DNA of 64,000 nt from Phycisphaerae bacterium (lineage in GTDB: Bacteria; Planctomycetota; Phycisphaerae; UBA1845). Of this stretch, positions 9,765-18,790 are shown piece after piece. The stretch is from assembly GCA_024102815.1 (NCBI GenBank), contig JAGFJJ010000069.1:271116-335115 (forward strand). Reading direction: 5' to 3'. The notes under the pieces were generated by a model. The model had not been told where the DNA came from and did not search any database. It worked only from the letters and a program-made list of their open reading frames with translations. Position 1 is the first letter of the stretch, and each line of letters starts with the position of its first letter. The position numbers were made by a program, and so were the translations under genes.

Positions 9765-10919
9765 TCATGCGGACGTTGAATTCGGTCCTCCCGGACGCGG
9801 GCGCCGACGATCCGGCGGGGCCATGCCGTCCATGCGGCCGAAGATCATCCTTCCCGCCGACGTCTGCAACACGCTCGTGACCACGAGTGTCACGTTCTCG
9901 CCGATATGCTCGCGCGCCCCCTCGGCCACGACCATCGTTCCGTCTTCGAGGTATCCCACCCCCTGTCCGACTTCCTCGCCGGGCTTGACGACTTTGATGA
10001 CCATCGTCTCGCCGGGCAGTACAACGGGGCGCAGAGAGCCCGCCAAATCGTTGATGTTTATGACCGGAACGCCACGCAGCCGCGCGACCTTGTTCAGGTT
10101 GTAGTCGTTGGTGACGATCTTGCCTTCGAGTTGTTTGGCCAGATCAACCAGCATCTCGTCCACGCCAGCGTCGCCCGCACTGCGTTCCGGTTTGACTTCC
10201 AATATGCGGATATCCACGATGTCGGACGATTGCAGCTTGTTGAGCATGTCCAGGCCGCGACGCCCGCGGTTTCGCTTGAGCTTGTCCGAACTGTCTGCAA
10301 TGGTCTGAAGCTCCTGGAGCACGAAGCGAGGAACGACCAGCTCCGAGTCGAAAATGTTCGTGGCGGCGATGTCGGCGATACGGCCGTCCACCACCACGGA
10401 TGTATCCAGCACAAGCGGCCGGCCGCCCTTGCTTTCCCGCGAGAATTCCACGTACGGAATGACGAACCGGATGTCGTCTTTCGTCTGGAGTATGAAGCTC
10501 ACCGCCAGGTAGCAGCACACGACTCCCAGAGCGAGTTTGAGCGCACTGGTGACGGGATCGTCCGATTCCAGCCCGCCGGGGTTGGCCTCCACGACGAGGT
10601 TGAGGATCAGCGACAGGCCGTAGGCCACGACCATCCCCACGACCAAGCCGAAAAAGACGCCGGAAATTGCCCCCAGCGACTTTCGAGGGATAAAGATGTC
10701 CAGTGAAATGACAATCAGCCCGGCGCCGAGGAAGCTGATGACGATCAGATCCCGATGCTGCGCCAAGCGCCCGGTCAGACGCTGCTCGTCCGAAGCCAGC
10801 CCGAACCCCACTCCCATGAGGACCAGCAGGAACGCCAAGCGCAGGCCGATCATCGCCCACGCACTGGTCCGCACGCTGGGAGGAGGTCTCAAGGACGATG
10901 AACCGGATTCCATGGCCAT
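9765..10919 (-). CDS. Membrane PIN-domain / TRAM-domain protein (YacL-like)
   Basis: Four N-terminal TM helices. PIN core LVLDTSVVVDGRI...VPRFVLQELQ...IVTNDYNLNKVA. C-terminal TRAM-like beta domain. Start moved to MAMESG (ATG 10919); the ORF is open to 11045. Confidence 0.8.
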   Translation of the reverse strand: MAMESGSSSLRPPPSVRTSAWAMIGLRLAFLLVLMGVGFGLASDEQRLTGRLAQHRDLIVISFLGAGLIVISLDIFIPRKSLGAISGVFFGLVVGMVVAYGLSLILNLVVEANPGGLESDDPVTSALKLALGVVCCYLAVSFILQTKDDIRFVIPYVEFSRESKGGRPLVLDTSVVVDGRIADIAATNIFDSELVVPRFVLQELQTIADSSDKLKRNRGRRGLDMLNKLQSSDIVDIRILEVKPERSAGDAGVDEMLVDLAKQLEGKIVTNDYNLNKVARLRGVPVININDLAGSLRPVVLPGETMVIKVVKPGEEVGQGVGYLEDGTMVVAEGAREHIGENVTLVVTSVLQTSAGRMIFGRMDGMAPPDRRRPRPGGPNSTSA

Positions 10920-11158
10920 GGGGGTGTTCGCCTCGATGCTGCATGCCGGCGCGGTCAACCAACCGCGGAATCGCCCAAACCGGCAGTATACTCCCCCCGG
11001 CCTGTACTTCCAGCGCTGCGCAAGAGGGGCCGGCGCAATGGTCAAGTGGTTACTGCGGCGCTATATTCCGTTCTTTAAGCGAGCGGGTATTGCGGCGTGA
11101 TGCCCTGGGGTGCCACCGAATCGTCCCACGCATAACCGTTTGTCGAGTCGCATGCGCC

Positions 11159-12574
11159 ATGACCACAGGTACCGCCGTCGCCGATGCTGATTCCCTCTCC
11201 GTGCCAACGGCGGTGGAAGCACGGTCCACGCTCGTAACCGGCTCCGTTCGCCGGAAGCTCTTTGTCCTCGCCATGCCCGTTCTGGCCGAGCAGTTGCTCA
11301 ACACGGCGGTGGGGACATTCGACATTTTTCTCGCCGGCCGGCTCAGCGCCGCCGCGACCTCCGCCGTGGGACTGGCCGCTTACGTTGCGTGGCTTGTTTC
11401 CATGCTCGCCGCCATGATCGGGATCGGCACGACGGCCCTCGTTTCCCGTCACGAAGGCGCGGGCGACCGGCACGAGGCGAACCATGTCGCCAACCAGTCT
11501 CTGACGCTTGCCGTCGCGCTCGCCGTCTTGATAGCCGCACTCATCTACGGCATCGCCCCCGCCATTGCAACGTACTGCCGCATGACCGGCGAGTCCTTCA
11601 CGATCACCGTCGACTACCTGCGCATCGGTGCCCTCGGCCTTGCCTGCACCACGGTCACGCTGGTCGCCTGCGCCGCCCTTCGTGGCATCGGGAACATGCG
11701 CACCCCCATGTTCATTTTCGCGCTGATCAATCTGCTCAACATGAGCGTTTCCTGGGCATTGGTCTATGGACCGGGGCCGATCCCATCTCTCGGTGTGCGG
11801 GGGATCGTCACGGGTACTGTCGTGGCACATGCAGTGGGGCTCGCTCTCACGCTGGTCTTGCTTGCACGGGGGCGCGTCGGGCTGCGGCTCGTTCCGCGGG
11901 AGACGGTTCCTACCTGGGAGCGGACGCGCCGCATTCTGCATGTTGGGGTACCGGCCGGCGCCGACGGTGCAATCATGTGGTCCGGCCACTTCTGCTACCT
12001 GGCGATTCTCTCACGACTCGCGGATCCCCCCCTCGGCACGGCCTATTTTGCAGCACACATGATCGCCGTTCGCACAGAATCCCTTGTCTATCTGCCGGCC
12101 GTGGCCTGGGCGGCCGCTACCGCGACCATGATCGGACAGGCTCTCGGAGCGGGAAACCCGATCCGCGCCAAGCAAGTGGGCCATGAAGGCGTTCGGCAGT
12201 GTGGAATCCTGGCGGTGATCGTCTCCGCGGTTTTGTTCATCGGTGCAAATACCGTCTACGCCGTGATGAGTTCTGACCCGCTCGTGAGGGAGGCCGGCAC
12301 TGCGCCATTCCGGGTGCTCTTTGTCCTTACGCCGGCACTGGTCGTATCGATCGTCTATGTCGGCGGACTACGCGGCGCGGGCGACACGCGCACACCCATG
12401 CTGATCACCATTGTGGGCATTACCTTGCGGCTTGCTGTGGGCTACCTGGGCGGCATCGTCCTGCAGATGGGCCTTCTCGGAGCCTGGATGGGCATGTTCA
12501 CGGATATGATCTGGCGGGCCATTGCATCCAGTGTGCGCTATTTCCGTGGCAAATGGCTGCAGACTCGCGTGTGA
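11159..12574 (+). CDS. MATE family efflux transporter
   Basis: 12-TM pattern, LAMPVLAEQLLNTAVGTFDIFLAGRLS N-terminal MATE signature. Start moved to ATG 11159 (MTTGTAV); the ORF is open from 10898 but that part overlaps the divergent gene. Confidence 0.85.
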   Translation: MTTGTAVADADSLSVPTAVEARSTLVTGSVRRKLFVLAMPVLAEQLLNTAVGTFDIFLAGRLSAAATSAVGLAAYVAWLVSMLAAMIGIGTTALVSRHEGAGDRHEANHVANQSLTLAVALAVLIAALIYGIAPAIATYCRMTGESFTITVDYLRIGALGLACTTVTLVACAALRGIGNMRTPMFIFALINLLNMSVSWALVYGPGPIPSLGVRGIVTGTVVAHAVGLALTLVLLARGRVGLRLVPRETVPTWERTRRILHVGVPAGADGAIMWSGHFCYLAILSRLADPPLGTAYFAAHMIAVRTESLVYLPAVAWAAATATMIGQALGAGNPIRAKQVGHEGVRQCGILAVIVSAVLFIGANTVYAVMSSDPLVREAGTAPFRVLFVLTPALVVSIVYVGGLRGAGDTRTPMLITIVGITLRLAVGYLGGIVLQMGLLGAWMGMFTDMIWRAIASSVRYFRGKWLQTRV

Positions 12575-12652
12575 CGTCGAATTTCGGTGGGATTTGCGCA
12601 GGTAAGAAATCGGTAAGCGGAAGCTGGGATGCTCGCGTCGGGTTGGCACCGG

Positions 12653-13039
12653 TCAGAAGAAATTCAGTTGCAGCTTGGCCGCCTCGGACATGCGCTCGGG
12701 CGTCCACGGGGGATCCCAGACCACCTCTACCTTGGCGTCAGTTACGCCGTCCACCGTGCGGATCTTCTGCTCCACCTCGGGCGGCAGACTGCCGGCCACG
12801 GGACAGGCGGGCGAGGTCAGCGTCATCTTGACCTCGACTTCGCCATTCGGTCCGGCGTCGATATCGTAGATCAGCCCCAGATCGTAGATATTGACAGGTA
12901 TCTCGGGGTCAAAGCAGGTGCGAAGCACTTCGACAACCGCCGATTCGATCGCTTGCGCCTTGATTTGGTCCACCGGAGAACCCGAAACCTCCGCATCGGA
13001 ACCGCCTTCCTTACGCTTTTCAATTCTATCGTCCGTCAC
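12653..13039 (-). CDS. sufT: DUF59 / SufT-type Fe-S cluster assembly protein
   Basis: CFDPEIPVNIYDLGLIYD...LTSPACPV core of the DUF59 (YitW/SufT) family. The GTG start overlaps the upstream stop (GTGA at 13036-13039). Confidence 0.85.
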   Translation of the reverse strand: MTDDRIEKRKEGGSDAEVSGSPVDQIKAQAIESAVVEVLRTCFDPEIPVNIYDLGLIYDIDAGPNGEVEVKMTLTSPACPVAGSLPPEVEQKIRTVDGVTDAKVEVVWDPPWTPERMSEAAKLQLNFF

Positions 13040-14370
13040 GACCCCTCACTCCCTCCATCATTCGAAGCGCCGCCTTCACCGTCTGACCGTCTGGGTCGAC
13101 GGGGCCGTCGACGCCCGCCCCGCCGCCGGCGACGGGAAGGCTCGCCCCGACCCTCGCCCGCCGGGTCCTGCTCAGCGCCAGACAATTCAGATCCTTCTGT
13201 CGACCCGTCGGCATCGGTATCTTCACGTTCTTCGGTGGGCTCTTGGGCATCATTCGTCTCTCGTACGGGACGCCGAGGCCTTGCCGATCGCTGCGGCTGT
13301 CCGGAACGTTGTGATGATCCCCGTTCACGACGTGGACGCCGCGAGGAATCACCGCTTCCCGATTCTGCTGCTCCCGGCGGAGGCGGTTTCACGCCGGTTT
13401 CCAGAATGTCCTCGGCGACAACCGTGACGAACTTGTCCGCGTCCGTTCGAATCTGAACCAACTGCGTCAGAACCTGGCGGTTCACAATCACCCCGTCGCC
13501 GTGACTCGTTCGGATGCGCACGCCGACGCGCGGCAGACGCTTGTCGAGGTCCTCGTAACTCTCGTGTTCGTATCGAAGGCAGCATTTCAGCCGACCGCAT
13601 CGCCCTGATACCTGCGTGGGATCGAGCGTCGCCTTCTGCAACTTGGCCATGCGCATGCTGATGGGCCGAAGTGTCTTCAGAAAGACCTTGCAGCAGACCT
13701 CCCGGCCGCACGTCTCGAAGTCCGCAAGCAGGCGCGCCTCGTCGCGAGCACCCACCTGGCGCATCTCTATTCGCGTTCGGAACTCCTGAGCCAGATCTTT
13801 GACCAACCCGCGGAAATCCACGCGCTCGTCGGAAGTGAAGAAGAAAATGATCCGTTCGCCGCCGAAGAGCGATTCGCATTCCACCACGCGAATAGGGAGG
13901 CGGTGCTCGGCCGCCATGCGTCGAGCGATGTCGCGACGATCGCGATTGTCCTGCTGAATTCGGGCGTGCTCGGTCAGATCGGCGGCCGTCGCCTCACGGA
14001 GAATTCGCCCGGCATCGAAAAAGTATGAGTCGTCCCCGCACGCCGCAACCCATTCTTTCATGTTGTCGCGTGAGACGGATTTGTCGCAGCCGGAACAGGT
14101 CAGCGAGACTTGTTCTCCCAGCTCGATCCCGCGGCGTGTTTGTATGACCACCTTCGCTCCACAGGTAAACTTCATGTCCGGAGCGTGGGAGAACTCCCCG
14201 ATGTAGCGCATGAAGCCGAATCGCACGGCCGTGGTGGGGTAGATCTTTTCCAGACCGTTTCCGCACCGGGCGTCCTCGCCCGTTGCGCTCCCGCACGAAC
14301 CGCAGCCTGCATGTTTCGTCGAGCTGCTCTGCGGCAGGGCAAAGGCTTCCAGATTGGGGGGCGCCTGCAT
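13036..14370 (-). CDS. PSP1 C-terminal domain protein (RicT/YaaT-like) with Arg-rich tail
   Basis: PSP1 core ERIIFFFTSDERVDFRGLVKDLAQEFRTRIEMRQVGARDEA...GRCGRLKCCLRYE. N-terminal Cys cluster (GCGSCGS, CSGCDKS). About 130 aa of R/E/G/S-rich C-terminus. Confidence 0.85.
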   Translation of the reverse strand: MQAPPNLEAFALPQSSSTKHAGCGSCGSATGEDARCGNGLEKIYPTTAVRFGFMRYIGEFSHAPDMKFTCGAKVVIQTRRGIELGEQVSLTCSGCDKSVSRDNMKEWVAACGDDSYFFDAGRILREATAADLTEHARIQQDNRDRRDIARRMAAEHRLPIRVVECESLFGGERIIFFFTSDERVDFRGLVKDLAQEFRTRIEMRQVGARDEARLLADFETCGREVCCKVFLKTLRPISMRMAKLQKATLDPTQVSGRCGRLKCCLRYEHESYEDLDKRLPRVGVRIRTSHGDGVIVNRQVLTQLVQIRTDADKFVTVVAEDILETGVKPPPPGAAESGSGDSSRRPRRERGSSQRSGQPQRSARPRRPVRETNDAQEPTEEREDTDADGSTEGSELSGAEQDPAGEGRGEPSRRRRRGGRRRPRRPRRSDGEGGASNDGGSEGS

Positions 14371-14449
14371 GGCGAAGTCTCCTCACTTCGTCGGCCGGTG
14401 CGCGGTGAACCATTTGACTGCGCCGACGCAACGCATTGTCGGCGCGAGT

Positions 14450-14905
14450 TCACTCCGTGGTGACGACGGGTTCATCCTTGTCTTCGAGAGCTGCCCGAAT
14501 TGTGTGCCAAGCCAGCGTGGCGCACTTTACCCGCGCCGGGTATTGGCAGACATTGGAGAATACCTCGAGCTTTCCAAGTCCGGAGCCCTGGCCGTTCTCC
14601 GCCACCTCCCCCGTCACCAGCCCGTGGAACTTGGCGAAAAGCGCCTTGGCCTCTTCCAGCGTCTTGCCCCGCAGCGATTCGGTCATCAACGAAGCGGATG
14701 CCGTAGAGATGGCGCAGCCCGAGCCCTCAAACGTCACATCCTCAACCACGCCGTCCTTGAGCTTCACGTAAACGGTCACGTGATCGCCACATAGCGGGTT
14801 ATGCCCCTTGGCAACACGATCCGCCCCCTCGATCCGGCCCTTGTTCCGGGGACGGTTGTTGTGATCCAGGATCAACTCTTGATACAGGTCTCGCAAGTCA
14901 GACAT
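14450..14905 (-). CDS. sufU: SUF-type NifU-like Fe-S scaffold / sulfur acceptor
   Basis: LYQELILDHNNRPRN...NPLCGD...GSGCAIS...C motifs of SufU/IscU. The start overlaps the sufS stop (TGATG). Confidence 0.9.
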   Translation of the reverse strand: MSDLRDLYQELILDHNNRPRNKGRIEGADRVAKGHNPLCGDHVTVYVKLKDGVVEDVTFEGSGCAISTASASLMTESLRGKTLEEAKALFAKFHGLVTGEVAENGQGSGLGKLEVFSNVCQYPARVKCATLAWHTIRAALEDKDEPVVTTE

Positions 14906-16176
14906 CAGCCGAACACCTTAAGAACCTCTTCAAGCCCGGCGACCAGGGCGTCCACGTCCGCCCGGGTATTGTACAGCGCGAAGGAGGCTCTTGTCGTGGC
15001 CGGTACGCCGAATCGGTCCATAATCGGCTGGGCACAGTGGTGCCCGGTCCGGACGGCAACGCCCGCCCTGTCCAGGACGGTCCCCACGTCGTGGGCGTGG
15101 ATCCTCGGCAGGACGAAGGAGATGACCGCCGCCTTGTCGGGGGCCGTACCGATGATCCGGAGCGGCTCGATCCTCTTGAGTGACTCCGTTGCGTAGGCGA
15201 GGAGATCGGTCTCGTGGGCCGCGATCCAGTCCATGCCGACCGCCTTGAGGTACTCGATCGCCGCCCCGAGGCCGATGGCTCCCGAAATATTGGGCGTGCC
15301 GGCCTCGAACCGGTACGGAATATCGTTATAGGTCGTTTCCTCGAAGGTCACGGAGCGGATCATCTCCCCGCCACCCTGGTAGGGTTCCATCTGTTCGAGC
15401 AAGGAGCGGCGGCCGTAGAGGGCTCCCACGCCGGTGGGGCCGTAGACCTTGTGCGACGAAAAGACGTAGAAATCGCAATCGAGTCCGGCGACGTCCACGG
15501 CCTGATGGGGAACCGCCTGGGCACCGTCCACCAGCACAACCGCCCCGAAACTGTGAGCCGACCGGATCAGGCTCTGGACTGGGTTGATCGTCCCGAGCGC
15601 ATTGGAAACGTGCGCCAGGGCCACGACCTTCGTCCGAGGGGACAGCATCCGCTCGTATTCATCAACCACCAGCGCTCCGTGGTCGTCGATCGGCGCAACC
15701 CGGAGTACCGCTCCCGTCTGCCGACAGATTATCTGCCACGGGACGATGTTGGAGTGGTGTTCCATCCCTGTAATGAGGATCTCATCTCCCCGCGCGAGGC
15801 GCGGCCTGGCCCACGACTGGGCCACGAGGTTCACCCCTTCCGTGGCCCCGCGGACGAAGACGATTTCCTCCGGCTCGCATGCCCCGAGAAACGCCGAGAT
15901 CGTTCGCCGGGCGGACTCATACAATCTTGTCGCGCGAACGCTCAGCGCGTGGACGCCACGGTGGATATTGGCGTTGTCCTCGGTGTAATAGCGAATAAGG
16001 GCGTCGATCACCGCCTGAGGCTTCTGCGTGGTGGCGGCATTGTCCAGGTAGACCAGCGGCCGACCGTGGACTTGCTGCCGGAGTATCGGAAAGTCCTCTC
16101 GCAGTCGCTCCACGCTGAGACCTTCCCCGTTGCTTCGATTTGAAGAGTACCTCTCGACCATGGTCGAGGGAATCAT
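14905..16176 (-). CDS. sufS: Cysteine desulfurase, SufS type
   Basis: LREDFPIL...VYLDNAATTQKP, SSHKVYGPTGVG (PLP Lys), RTGHHCAQP (active Cys loop). Start moved to ATG 16176, preceded by AAGGAGG; it overlaps the sufD stop (ATGA). Confidence 0.92.
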   Translation of the reverse strand: MIPSTMVERYSSNRSNGEGLSVERLREDFPILRQQVHGRPLVYLDNAATTQKPQAVIDALIRYYTEDNANIHRGVHALSVRATRLYESARRTISAFLGACEPEEIVFVRGATEGVNLVAQSWARPRLARGDEILITGMEHHSNIVPWQIICRQTGAVLRVAPIDDHGALVVDEYERMLSPRTKVVALAHVSNALGTINPVQSLIRSAHSFGAVVLVDGAQAVPHQAVDVAGLDCDFYVFSSHKVYGPTGVGALYGRRSLLEQMEPYQGGGEMIRSVTFEETTYNDIPYRFEAGTPNISGAIGLGAAIEYLKAVGMDWIAAHETDLLAYATESLKRIEPLRIIGTAPDKAAVISFVLPRIHAHDVGTVLDRAGVAVRTGHHCAQPIMDRFGVPATTRASFALYNTRADVDALVAGLEEVLKVFG

Positions 16177-17513
16177 ACGTCCTCCTTCACGAGGGCGGTA
16201 TGGGGCAAACGCTCGGTCAGCAGACCTTCGAGCTTCTGCCGCAGGACCCCGAGCGGAATGTGTTCGAGGCTCTCGCGAGCGAATGCATGGACCAGGATAC
16301 TCACGGCGTCGCGCTCCGAGATGCCCCGCGATCGGAGGTAGAACACAGCGTCGCGATCCACCTGCCCGATGGTCGCCCCGTGGGTGCATTTCACGTCATC
16401 GGCGAAGATTTCCAGTTGAGGCTTGCTGTCCACTTGGGCCTCATCGGAAAGCAACAGGCTCATGTTGCTCTGTTTGGCGTCGGTTTTCTGGGCGACCTGG
16501 GCGACGAAAATCCGCCCGCTGAATACGCCGCGGGACCGCCCGCTGAGTACGCCTTTGAAGAATTCCCGGCTGGAGGCATGCGGCTTGAGATGGTCCACGC
16601 GCAGGTGGTTATCCACAAGCTGTTCGCCGTCGGTCAGATAAAGTCCGTCGATGTGGCTGTCCGCCCCTTCGCCGTCCAGTTGCGACTCAATGTCGTTGCG
16701 TACGATGCGTCCGCCGAGCGTCAGCGTGTACGAATTGACGACGCTGTTCCGCTTCTGGTGCAAGGTTGTCGTGGCCAGATGATAGGCTTCGTCCGACTCG
16801 CGAATGATCTTGTAGTGCCGGGCGACGGCGTTTTCACCCGCAAACACTTCCGTCACCGGATTGTTGAAGTACGAATGTCCGTCCTGCCCGACGTGGGTTT
16901 CCACCACGTCCACCTGGCTGCTTTCGTCGGCTATTACCAGGACGCGACCGTGCAAGGCAATCGGCCCTTGGGCGGCATCCGAAACAAAAACCAGGTGCAC
17001 GGGTGTTGTTGCCGCCTTTCCTTTGGGCACGATCACAACGGCGCCGTCTTCCATCAAGGCTGTGTTCAGTGCTGCAAGGGCGTTCTCCTGATAGTTCGCA
17101 TGCCGCGCAAGATGGCCTTCCAACAGGTTCGACTCACGGTCCATCGCCGCAGCAAGACTCAACACGCGAACGCCCGACGGCAGCGTCAATTCGTCCGAGA
17201 CCCCCTTGGCAAGCCGGCCGTTTACGAACACCAGCCCGGATTCGTCTTCGGAGATACGAACGCTTTCGAGAATTTTCGGATTCACCGCGAGCGCTTGCTG
17301 CCCCGCCTGGTTGAAGGTCCCCCCCGCCACCGGAGCGATATTCGTGAACCGCCATTCTTCATGCCGTGTCGTCGGGAAACCCAGCTCCGCGAACCGCGCC
17401 ATCGCTGCCTTGCGAATGGGCAATAGCCAAGGGTAGCGACCTTTGGCGCCTTCGGATTCGAATCGTTCGAACCGGGCGACATATGCGTCAACATGCTCCA
17501 CCGTCTCGACCAT
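16173..17513 (-). CDS. sufD: Fe-S cluster assembly protein SufD
   Basis: FPTTRHEEWRFTNI, the beta-helix repeat region, and GAKVDxxPQLEI / CTHGATIG-type C-terminus. Start moved to ATG 17513 (MVETVEH), with GAGG upstream. Confidence 0.9.
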   Translation of the reverse strand: MVETVEHVDAYVARFERFESEGAKGRYPWLLPIRKAAMARFAELGFPTTRHEEWRFTNIAPVAGGTFNQAGQQALAVNPKILESVRISEDESGLVFVNGRLAKGVSDELTLPSGVRVLSLAAAMDRESNLLEGHLARHANYQENALAALNTALMEDGAVVIVPKGKAATTPVHLVFVSDAAQGPIALHGRVLVIADESSQVDVVETHVGQDGHSYFNNPVTEVFAGENAVARHYKIIRESDEAYHLATTTLHQKRNSVVNSYTLTLGGRIVRNDIESQLDGEGADSHIDGLYLTDGEQLVDNHLRVDHLKPHASSREFFKGVLSGRSRGVFSGRIFVAQVAQKTDAKQSNMSLLLSDEAQVDSKPQLEIFADDVKCTHGATIGQVDRDAVFYLRSRGISERDAVSILVHAFARESLEHIPLGVLRQKLEGLLTERLPHTALVKEDV

Positions 17514-17532
17514 GTTTGCCTCGCTCCCTCGC

Positions 17533-18297
17533 CTAGGCGCCCGCCCCTGAAGGCTCCAGTTCCTCGACCCAACCATATCCCTTCTCCTCCAGTTCGAGCG
17601 CCAGTTCCTTTCCGCCCGAGCGGATAATGCGCCCGCCACGGAGCACATGGACGTAATCGGGGACAATGTAGTTCAGCAATCGCTGGTAGTGCGTGACGAT
17701 AATAAACGATCGCTTTGAGTCACGGAGGCGATTCACGCCGTCCGCCACGACTTTCAGCGCGTCGATATCCAGTCCCGAATCTGTTTCGTCCAGGATGGCC
17801 ATGCCGGGTTCCAGCACGGAAAGCTGGAAGATCTCGTTCCGTTTCTTCTCGCCACCGGAAAAGCCCTCGTTCAGGGACCGCCCCAGCAACTGCTCGTTGA
17901 GCCCAACGACCTTGGCTTTCTCCTTTACGAGCTGGAGAAATTCCACGGCGTCGAGTTCGGGTTGGCCGTGATACTTGCGCTGCGCATTAAGCGCGGCCTT
18001 GAGAAAATAGCTCGTGTTCACGCCGGGGATTTCGACAGGATACTGGAACGCCATAAAGACGCCCTCGCACGCCCGCTCGTCCGGTTCCAACTCCAACAGG
18101 TTCTTGCCGTTGTACAGTATCTCACCTTGGGTGACCTCGTACGTGTCCCGCCCGGCAAGAACCTGGGCAAGCGTACTCTTTCCGGATCCGTTCGGACCCA
18201 TGATGGAATGGACCTCGCCGGCCCTGACCGTCAGATCAATCCCCTTGAGAATCTCGCGCCCCTCGACCGTGGCATGCAGATTGCGGATTTCCAGCAT
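17533..18297 (-). CDS. sufC: Fe-S cluster assembly ATPase SufC
   Basis: MLEIRNLHATV, Walker A GPNGSGKST, signature SGGEKKR, Walker B ILDETDSGLD. ATG 18297 has GAGG 8 nt upstream. ATG 18315 (MNEVNE-) is an alternative. Confidence 0.92.
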   Translation of the reverse strand: MLEIRNLHATVEGREILKGIDLTVRAGEVHSIMGPNGSGKSTLAQVLAGRDTYEVTQGEILYNGKNLLELEPDERACEGVFMAFQYPVEIPGVNTSYFLKAALNAQRKYHGQPELDAVEFLQLVKEKAKVVGLNEQLLGRSLNEGFSGGEKKRNEIFQLSVLEPGMAILDETDSGLDIDALKVVADGVNRLRDSKRSFIIVTHYQRLLNYIVPDYVHVLRGGRIIRSGGKELALELEEKGYGWVEELEPSGAGA

Positions 18298-18352
18298 TTC
18301 GTTGACCTCGTTCATATACGTGAGTGCCCTTCGGCATCGAACCCACGAAAAA

Positions 18353-18667
18353 TCAATACCTTGCCAGGTGCGGATCGATCTGCGCCGCCCAGGCATCGAT
18401 CCCGCCGCTCAAACTGCGAACATTGGTAAAACCATGTGAAGCGAGAAACGACGCGGCGTCCAGACTGCGGATTCCGTGATGACAATACGTCACGATTGCC
18501 CGATCCTTCGCCCAGGTTTGCAGAATTTCTTCCAGCAGCTCCCGCGTCACCAACCTACCCTCTTTCAGCCGACAGATCTCCGATTCATCCACAGACCGAA
18601 CGTCCAGCAGTGCGACGTCTTCACCTCGGGCGAGCGCATCCTTCAACTCGTGAGGAGAAATCTGCAT
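18353..18667 (-). CDS. Single-domain rhodanese (sulfurtransferase)
   Basis: LLDVR...E...G.., active-site loop YCHHGIRS, GGIDAW. Start moved to ATG 18667 (MQISPHEL). Confidence 0.85.
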   Translation of the reverse strand: MQISPHELKDALARGEDVALLDVRSVDESEICRLKEGRLVTRELLEEILQTWAKDRAIVTYCHHGIRSLDAASFLASHGFTNVRSLSGGIDAWAAQIDPHLARY

Positions 18668-18790
18668 GGCTTTCAATGTTCGTTGCCCGCAGCGATCCGA
18701 TGCGCGGCCGCCGGTCGCTTCGGGAAAGCCCTTCCCCGACCTTTGTTGGGGCCTCACCCGGGCTTCCGGCGGCCGCCGTTTCCCGGGCAA

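Noticed and set aside
16140-17426. 428-aa plus-strand ORF (with 15214-16143 alongside)
   Set aside because: It is antisense to sufD/sufS, whose translations carry unmistakable family motifs. The antisense product is Arg/Gly/His-rich with no motif. Stop-poor antisense frames are expected at this GC content.
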